The notes under the pieces: model-generated | Databases searched by the model: none | Told to the model about the DNA's origin: nothing | What the model saw: the letters and a program-made list of their open reading frames with translations, nothing else | In this document: piece by piece, positions 57,661 to 64,000 of the stretch | Layout: every line of letters begins with the position of its first letter | Position numbering within the stretch: the first letter of the stretch is position 1 | Assembly: GCA_903827265.1 (NCBI GenBank) | Contig: CAIKHN010000009.1 | Coordinates: 151 to 64,150 of the forward strand | DNA: 64,000 nt | Direction: 5' to 3' | DNA from: Candidatus Uhrbacteria bacterium | GTDB taxonomy: Bacteria > Patescibacteriota > Patescibacteriia > UBA9934 | Position numbers and translations under genes: made by a program

Positions 57661-58151
57661 GAACCGCAATCCTTCTTTCATTGCTTTTCGGAGGCTTCGT
57701 TCTTACCGAAATTTCCTTCCTTCATGCGTTTGCAGGATTCATTGCAGAAATTCCGCTCTTGTATATTGCTGGAATGATTATTATGCAGCGCGTCGGCATC
57801 GAAGAGGGGATTGCATGGTTCCTTGCGCTTGCGGTCTTTCGCGCCGATCCTGTTGCACTGATCATTGCGTGCATTGGACCGGTGAGCATTCTTCAAATTT
57901 TCACAACACGTTCGGTGTACGCACTTCTTGGATTTGGTGCGGTTGTGTACTCCGTGGCGATTGGGGCAGAACTTGTTGTTGGCGGACTTATTGATGTTCT
58001 TTTTCACACGTCGCTCCTTCCGCCGCATGCAATGCTTCATGCGGTACGCATTTTTGCGCTACTCCTTCCCGGACTGTTCTTTGGCGTGCTTCTTGTGCGG
58101 AGCATTGAGCAACGAGTGCGTATGCCATTTTTTCTTCGCTCAAACTCATGA
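57657..58151 (+). CDS. mreD: Rod-shape-determining protein MreD
   Basis: Polytopic small membrane protein in the mre operon. ATGA overlap with mreC. Confidence 0.6.
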   Translation: MRTAILLSLLFGGFVLTEISFLHAFAGFIAEIPLLYIAGMIIMQRVGIEEGIAWFLALAVFRADPVALIIACIGPVSILQIFTTRSVYALLGFGAVVYSVAIGAELVVGGLIDVLFHTSLLPPHAMLHAVRIFALLLPGLFFGVLLVRSIEQRVRMPFFLRSNS

Positions 58152-60064
58152 TCTTTCGGAAACCCTCACATAACCCAAGAGTATTCGCGCTCCTCGATGA
58201 CGACACCATTGGGCATCTTTCTGATTCTGATGCCGACGCAACATTTGATGATTCGCTCTCCGGTCGGTCGACTGCTGAGCTTGCATTAGGAACGTACGTT
58301 GGGAATTTTGCCGCAAAACGGGTGCGACGAATTGGTATCGCAGTTCTCTTGTGTACGTTCGGCGTTTTTCTTTTCCGCATTGGATCTTGGCAAGTTGTGC
58401 ACGGCGAGGAATATCGTGCGATCGCTGATAACAATCGGACACGAACAAAAACAGTACTCCCAAACCGCGGCGTCATGACTGATCGCAACGGTGTGGTATT
58501 AGCCTGGAATACCCCAGCATTTCATCTTGTCGCCAATCGTGCGGATATCCCCGAGAATCCTGACGCACGTCGAGAACGATTTACGCAAATCGCCGCAGAG
58601 CTCGACGTGAGCGCAGATGACTTTGAGGAAAAATATCTTGAGGCAAACGGCGATCAAACCGTGTTGCTCTCCGATGCTGTTCCGTATACTGCGGGCTTGA
58701 AGTTCCTTTCTCGTCCGAACATGTTTATTGGGATGACCGTCGAACTTGCTTCAACCCGAACGTATCTTACTGATGCTATACCAACGCTATCGCACGTTCT
58801 TGGGTTTACGGGAACAATTGATACCGAAACGTATGATGCAATGAAGTCGCTCGGATACAGACGATTCGACAGCATTGGAAAACAAGGACTCGAAGAAACG
58901 CACGAAAAAGAATTACGCGGAACGCCGGGTGTTGAGGTGACTGAGGTGAACGCACAAGGCCAAACCATTCGAACGCTCGAAAAGACTGATGCCATCGACG
59001 GCGAAAATTTAACGCTTTCAATTGACGCGCGGCTCACGGCGGCAATTGAATATATTTTGGAAAAACACTTAGCGGCAGCGCCGGTAAAACGCGCTGCGGT
59101 TGTGGTGTCGAATCCAAAAAATGGCGAAGTGCTGTCATTGGTTTCGTATCCGGCGTTTGATGCAAATTTGTTTGCGCGTGGCATTACGCAAGAGGAATAC
59201 TCAGCATTACGCGACGACCCAAATGCACCGCTCTTTCCTCGTGCGACGCAAGGCGAGTACCCATCCGGATCAACAATCAAACCTGTATATGCCGCTGCAG
59301 CGCTCATGGAGCACGTCATTACTCCAGCAACAAGCTTTCTCTCGACAGGTGGGTTATGGCTTGGTACGCGGTTCTTTCCGGACTGGCGAAAAGGCGGGCA
59401 CGGCGTCACAAACGTCTATCACGCAATCGCAGACTCGGTGAATACTTTTTTTTACACCATCGGCGGAGGAACGGACGCATTCCAAGGACTCGGACTTGAG
59501 CGACTCATGCAATATGCGGCGTTATTTGGTTTTGGATCACCGACAGGAATTGATCTCGCGAACGAGGCTGACGGATTTCTTCCGACGAAAGCATGGAAAG
59601 AATCAGTAAAAGGCGAGCCGTGGTACATCGGAGATACCTATAACGTATCAATCGGCCAAGGAGATTTTCTCGCTACTCCACTGCAGATCAATCGATCGAC
59701 TGCGACGTTCGCAAACGGCGGAACACTCATGACGCCGCATTTGTTAAAAGACGCAGAGCCTGTTGGAGTAAAGATTGTGCCTGATGACGTCGATACCGTT
59801 ATCCGTGACGCAATGCGACAAACCGTCGTGAATGGCAGCGCAACGTCGATGCAAGACTTACCTGAGGCAGTCGCTGGGAAAACAGGAACGGCACAGTGGG
59901 CAACCGGAAGGGCCGAACACACGTGGTTTACCGGATTTGGACCTTTTGACGACCCAACAATTGCAGTAACCGTCATTGTAGAAGAGGGCGGAAATGGGTA
60001 TTATTCCACGCCAATTGCAAAGGATATTTTTGCCTGGTATTTCGGGAATCGGTCCAGGGAATAA
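58148..60064 (+). CDS. mrdA: Penicillin-binding protein 2 (elongasome transpeptidase)
   Basis: SxxK (SGSTIKP), SxN (SVN) and KTGT (KTGTAQ) motifs. N-terminal TM. 4-nt overlap with mreD. Confidence 0.85.
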   Translation: MIFRKPSHNPRVFALLDDDTIGHLSDSDADATFDDSLSGRSTAELALGTYVGNFAAKRVRRIGIAVLLCTFGVFLFRIGSWQVVHGEEYRAIADNNRTRTKTVLPNRGVMTDRNGVVLAWNTPAFHLVANRADIPENPDARRERFTQIAAELDVSADDFEEKYLEANGDQTVLLSDAVPYTAGLKFLSRPNMFIGMTVELASTRTYLTDAIPTLSHVLGFTGTIDTETYDAMKSLGYRRFDSIGKQGLEETHEKELRGTPGVEVTEVNAQGQTIRTLEKTDAIDGENLTLSIDARLTAAIEYILEKHLAAAPVKRAAVVVSNPKNGEVLSLVSYPAFDANLFARGITQEEYSALRDDPNAPLFPRATQGEYPSGSTIKPVYAAAALMEHVITPATSFLSTGGLWLGTRFFPDWRKGGHGVTNVYHAIADSVNTFFYTIGGGTDAFQGLGLERLMQYAALFGFGSPTGIDLANEADGFLPTKAWKESVKGEPWYIGDTYNVSIGQGDFLATPLQINRSTATFANGGTLMTPHLLKDAEPVGVKIVPDDVDTVIRDAMRQTVVNGSATSMQDLPEAVAGKTGTAQWATGRAEHTWFTGFGPFDDPTIAVTVIVEEGGNGYYSTPIAKDIFAWYFGNRSRE

Positions 60065-60154
60065 TCAACTTGACCCTCATTTCTGGCCGTGGGATACTCG
60101 TTTTAGACACCGCCGAATTCGGCGGAATTGTTTTTCCAGGTAAGATCTTCAATT

Positions 60155-60613
60155 ATGGACACCAATACCTACATCTCTGCCGCTGGCCTTCAGGGGCTGA
60201 AAGACGAATTAGTGAACCGTATTAAGGTTTTACGTCCGGAAATTGCGCAAAAAATCAGTGAAGCAAAGGAAATGGGTGATTTAAGCGAGAATTTTGCGTA
60301 TCACGAGGCAAAAGAGCAGCAAGCACAAAACGAAATGCGTATTGTTGATATTCAGGAAATGATCGTAAACGCCGTTGTCGTCGAGGAGAGAGTCGGTGGC
60401 GCGATTGGATTAGGATCCACGTTCGTCGTCGACGTGAATGGCGGGAAAAAGACTTACGAAATCGTTGGTGAGAACGAGGCAGATCCTATTGCCGGAAAAA
60501 TCAGTAACGTTTCTCCGCTTGGAAGCGCATTTATGGGTAAGAAAGTGGGCGAAACCGTGCACGCGGAAGTCCCTTCAGGTACCATTGAGTACAAAATTGC
60601 TGAAGTGAAATAG
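60155..60613 (+). CDS. greA: Transcription elongation factor GreA (paralog 2), immediately upstream of lysS
   Basis: GreA coiled-coil plus FKBP-like domain (…GDLSENFAYHEAKE…). Confidence 0.8.
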   Translation: MDTNTYISAAGLQGLKDELVNRIKVLRPEIAQKISEAKEMGDLSENFAYHEAKEQQAQNEMRIVDIQEMIVNAVVVEERVGGAIGLGSTFVVDVNGGKKTYEIVGENEADPIAGKISNVSPLGSAFMGKKVGETVHAEVPSGTIEYKIAEVK

Positions 60614-60617
60614 CCAT

Positions 60618-62090
60618 ATGACCAACGAAGAAGTAGTGCGACGCGAGCGGCTTACTTCCATTCTGGCACAGGGAATTGATGCGTATCCCGCAGGAAGCAA
60701 TCGGACACACACAACGAGCGATGCGCTCGGGGCATTCGACGATCTTCTCGCTTCACAACGCGCGGTAACCATTTCTGGTCGCATTATTGCAATGCGCCAT
60801 ATTGGTGCGCTTTCGTTCCTACGTGTTCTTGACGGCACCGGCGCGATGCAGGTTGTTCTTCGAAAGGACGATCTTGGCGAGGCGTATACATTTCTTGTCG
60901 ACCATCTCGATGTTGGTGACATCATAGAAGTTTCAGGCGTTGCGTACGTTACAAAGACCGGAGAAAAATCCATTCTTGCGCAGTCGGCGACAATGCTTGC
61001 AAAAGCGCTGCAGCCACTTCCGGAAAAATGGAACGGACTGCAGGATATTGAAATCCGATACCGTCATCGCGAACTGGATCTTATTTCCAATCCTGAGGTT
61101 CGCGACAGACTCGTCATGCGCTCAAAGTTCATTGCGTCGATGCGCCGTTTCCTTGACGATTCCGGATATCTTGAAGTCGAAACACCAATTCTTCAATCTA
61201 TTCCTGGTGGCGCAAGCGCGCGCCCGTTCACCACGCATCACAACGCACTTGATGCTGATTTTTATCTTCGTATCGCGACAGAGCTCTCGTTGAAGCGGCT
61301 TGTGGTTGGCGGTATGGAAAAAGTGTACGAAATTGGCCGCTGTTTCCGCAATGAAGGAATCGATTATTCGCACAACCCAGAGTTCACAATGCTTGAGCTG
61401 TATTGTGCGTATGCAAAAAAAGAAGAATTTATTTCGTTCAACGAAGAAATTCTTCGTCATGCACTTCGTGGTGCAACGGGGTCAACCGTCGCAACGATCG
61501 ACGGCACAATGGTCGACTTCGGAACATCGTTCCCACGCATCACGTTCCGTGAATCAATCATGAATGCATGCGGAATTGATATCGACACCCTTAAAACCGA
61601 AAAAGACATCGAGTCTGCCGCGAAAGCACAAAAGCTCGCGATCGACTTTACTGGCTGTATTGGCGTGGGTGAATATCTTGACGCGCTGTACAAAAAAACC
61701 GGACGCGCAGCAATCAGTACTCCAACATGGGTATTCGATTACCCGGTTGAATTAAAGCCTCTCGCGCGTCAAAACCCAGAAGACCCTTCAAAGAGTGCAT
61801 GCGCACAGCTTGTTATTCTTGGTGCGGAAATTGTGAACATGTATTATTTCGAACTCAACAATCCTGTTGATCAGCGATCACGCTTCGAGGCGCAAGAAGC
61901 ACTGCGAGAGCAGGGGAGTGAAGAAGCGCAATATCTTGACGAAGATTTCCTTTCTGCGCTCGAGCACGGTATGCCGCCAACAAGCGGCGTCGGAATCGGT
62001 ATTGATCGTCTTATCGCATTCTTAACTGGCGCACCAAACCTCAAGGAAGTTATTGCGTTCCCAACGCTCAAGCCAGAGCGTCACGAATAA
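60618..62090 (+). CDS. lysS: Lysyl-tRNA synthetase, class II
   Basis: OB-fold N-domain plus class II motifs 1-3 (…FRNEGIDYSHNPEFTMLE…GVGIGIDRL…). Confidence 0.9.
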   Translation: MTNEEVVRRERLTSILAQGIDAYPAGSNRTHTTSDALGAFDDLLASQRAVTISGRIIAMRHIGALSFLRVLDGTGAMQVVLRKDDLGEAYTFLVDHLDVGDIIEVSGVAYVTKTGEKSILAQSATMLAKALQPLPEKWNGLQDIEIRYRHRELDLISNPEVRDRLVMRSKFIASMRRFLDDSGYLEVETPILQSIPGGASARPFTTHHNALDADFYLRIATELSLKRLVVGGMEKVYEIGRCFRNEGIDYSHNPEFTMLELYCAYAKKEEFISFNEEILRHALRGATGSTVATIDGTMVDFGTSFPRITFRESIMNACGIDIDTLKTEKDIESAAKAQKLAIDFTGCIGVGEYLDALYKKTGRAAISTPTWVFDYPVELKPLARQNPEDPSKSACAQLVILGAEIVNMYYFELNNPVDQRSRFEAQEALREQGSEEAQYLDEDFLSALEHGMPPTSGVGIGIDRLIAFLTGAPNLKEVIAFPTLKPERHE

Positions 62091-62091
62091 T

Positions 62092-62499
62092 ATGAGTACC
62101 GGACTGCTTTTTGGCGCATTCGATGGCTTGCATGAAGGACATCGGGCAATGCTAAAGGAGGCGCGCACACATGCCGAGCACCTTATTGTCGCGCTTCCAC
62201 CAGATACCGTCATTTACGAACTAAAAGGCAAGGCTGCACGATTTTCTTGGAAGGAGCGTGCAAAAGCGCTGTGGGAATCTGAGCTCGTCGACGAAGTAAT
62301 TCGTGGCGATGAATCCCTCGGAATGTACAGCGCGATTGATACAAAGCACCCGGATATCATTTTCGTCGGCTACGATCAACACCATCTCGCAAATGATTTG
62401 GCGTCGTATCTTGCAAACGATGGGAAAACAATCCCGATCATTACACTTTCACCATATAAGCCTGATCGATATAAATCATCCCTGATCAATGCCGTATGA
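62092..62499 (+). CDS. Stand-alone nucleotidyltransferase of the RibF N-terminal (FMN adenylyltransferase) type, with no riboflavin-kinase domain
   Basis: FGAFDGLHEGH matches the FAD-synthetase N-domain GxFDGxHxGH motif. The protein is only 135 aa. Confidence 0.5.
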   Translation: MSTGLLFGAFDGLHEGHRAMLKEARTHAEHLIVALPPDTVIYELKGKAARFSWKERAKALWESELVDEVIRGDESLGMYSAIDTKHPDIIFVGYDQHHLANDLASYLANDGKTIPIITLSPYKPDRYKSSLINAV

Positions 62500-63758
62500 T
62501 CGACATGAAATTGCTCCGTGAACAACCAGAAAAAATTCGCAACGCTGCAAAAGCGAAGGGCGTTACGATCGACACTGATCGCATCATTGAACTCGATCGC
62601 AAAGCTCGTGCGCTTTTAAGTGAAATCGAAGCAACAAAGGCAAAGAAAAACGTTGCCTCTGATGCAATTGCAAAAGCAAGCCCCGAACAGCGAAAGGCGC
62701 TTATTGAAGAAATGCGCGCTGTCGATCAGTCGTCAGGTGGAATCGACGCTGAATTCTTAACCGTAAATACCGAACTTCAAGAGTTACTTTTGCGTATTCC
62801 AAACCCAGCACTCGACGACGTTATTGTCGGCGCATCGGACGAAGAAAATACTGTATTACGCACAGTGGGCGAGCAGCCAAAGTTTGACTTTGAACCAAAA
62901 GATCACCAAACGATCGGTGAGAACCTTGGCATTATCGACATGAAGCGTGCGGCGAAAGTGAGTGGCGCACGATTCGTCTACTACGTTGGCGACGGTGCAA
63001 TGTTGGAACTCGCACTGGTGGATTTTGGTATGCGTATCGCTATGAAACACGGCTTCGTTCCAGTAACGGTTCCGCATCTCGTGAATTCACGATCAATGGC
63101 AGCCATGGGCTATCTTGAACACGGCGGACAGGACGAAATTTACTATCTGCAAAAGGATGATCTGTACCTTATCGGTACATCCGAGCAGGCGATCGGACCA
63201 ATGCACATGGACGAAATTATCGACCCTGCAAAGCTCCCGCTCCGCTACGTTGGCGTATCGCCATGCTATCGCCGAGAATCTGGAAGCGCCGGAAAAGACA
63301 CCAAGGGTACTATTCGCGTCCACCAGTTTACGAAAGTGGAAATGTTCGGATTCTGTAAAGCAGAAGATTCTGTTGCGGAACACGAAGCGATTCTCGCAAT
63401 TGAAGAAGAGCTCCTCACGGCACTCGGATTGCCGTACCATGTGCTCAATATTTGTACTGGCGACTTAGGACTTCCAGCGGCAAAAAAGTGGGACACTGAA
63501 GTATGGTTCCCAGCTCAGAACCGCTATCGTGAAGTGACATCAACAAGCAATTGCACAGACTTCCAGGGCCGTCGCTTGAACACACGGTATCGAACAGAAG
63601 AGGGAACAGAAGTCGTTCATACGGTAAATGGCACCGCATTTTCTGGCCGCCCAATCGCCGCGATTCTTGAAAACTTCCAGAATGCAGACGGAAGCGTGAC
63701 GATCCCTGAAGTTCTTCGCCCATTCATGAATGGCAAAGAACGCATTGCAGCAAAGTAA
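62496..63758 (+). CDS. serS: Seryl-tRNA synthetase
   Basis: N-terminal coiled-coil arm plus class II core motifs. Confidence 0.9.
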   Translation: MIDMKLLREQPEKIRNAAKAKGVTIDTDRIIELDRKARALLSEIEATKAKKNVASDAIAKASPEQRKALIEEMRAVDQSSGGIDAEFLTVNTELQELLLRIPNPALDDVIVGASDEENTVLRTVGEQPKFDFEPKDHQTIGENLGIIDMKRAAKVSGARFVYYVGDGAMLELALVDFGMRIAMKHGFVPVTVPHLVNSRSMAAMGYLEHGGQDEIYYLQKDDLYLIGTSEQAIGPMHMDEIIDPAKLPLRYVGVSPCYRRESGSAGKDTKGTIRVHQFTKVEMFGFCKAEDSVAEHEAILAIEEELLTALGLPYHVLNICTGDLGLPAAKKWDTEVWFPAQNRYREVTSTSNCTDFQGRRLNTRYRTEEGTEVVHTVNGTAFSGRPIAAILENFQNADGSVTIPEVLRPFMNGKERIAAK

Positions 63759-63759
63759 C

Positions 63760-64000
63760 ATGTTGCTTCGTGGAGCAAAGACGTGGGTCGAGGTTTCACG
63801 TTCGGCGATGGAACAAAACATCGCCGCGCTTCGGACGTTCCTGAATCCAGAGTCAATCTTTTGCGCGGTTGTGAAAGCAAACGCATACGGTGCAGGGCTT
63901 CGAGAGGCAATTACTATTGCCGCTGAATGCAATATCGACACGTTCGCCGTCGATAGTATCGACGAAGCTCTCATCGTTCGCGAACTCGCCGCAGACGCAA
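63760..64000 (+). CDS. alr: Alanine racemase, N-terminal fragment (continues off the window)
   Basis: The PLP-lysine motif AVVKANAYG is present. Confidence 0.7.
   Translation, partial: MLLRGAKTWVEVSRSAMEQNIAALRTFLNPESIFCAVVKANAYGAGLREAITIAAECNIDTFAVDSIDEALIVRELAADA

Overview
The window reads as about 64 kb of a mid-GC (about 50%) bacterial chromosome, compact and housekeeping-rich, using the standard genetic code (TGA stops are used). I could not find any tRNA, rRNA or CRISPR array.

The core of the window is these conserved blocks:
- The full F0F1 ATP synthase operon (atpZ-like, atpB, atpE, atpF, atpH, atpA, atpG, atpD, atpC).
- A rod-shape cluster mreB-mreC-mreD-mrdA.
- Four aminoacyl-tRNA synthetases (proS, metG, lysS, serS).
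- Two greA paralogs and two ABC-F ATPases.
- A MarR-controlled heterodimeric ABC exporter pair.
- An OmpR-type two-component system, followed by a CpxP-like protein and a module of FMN-binding protein, ApbE flavin transferase and DoxX.
- A UvrD-family helicase fused to a C-terminal PD-(D/E)xK/Fe-S nuclease.
- Many DUF-type membrane proteins (DUF5671, DUF2177, DUF1295, DUF3179, TspO, lmo0937-like).

Several compositionally foreign segments and repeat families sit on top of this core:
1. The left edge is a mosaic: 233 bp at about 30% GC, then a large-serine-recombinase C-terminal fragment, then a strongly GC-rich secreted Cys/Asp-repeat protein.
2. Two copies of an approximately 330-400 bp intergenic element lie at about 17.7 kb and 38.1 kb. 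Their flanks are direct repeats, but the interiors, bounded by 10-12 bp inverted repeats, are in opposite orientation.
3. A 30-bp repeat occurs five times in both orientations downstream of the ATP synthase operon. Two opposed copies bracket a GC-rich three-gene orphan cassette, and further copies bracket a kinase-like orphan gene.
4. Several short palindromic repeat families are dispersed through the window.
5. About 1 kb of apparently non-coding, hairpin-rich GC-rich DNA lies upstream of proS.
6. A divergent SET-domain / EVE-domain gene pair is present.
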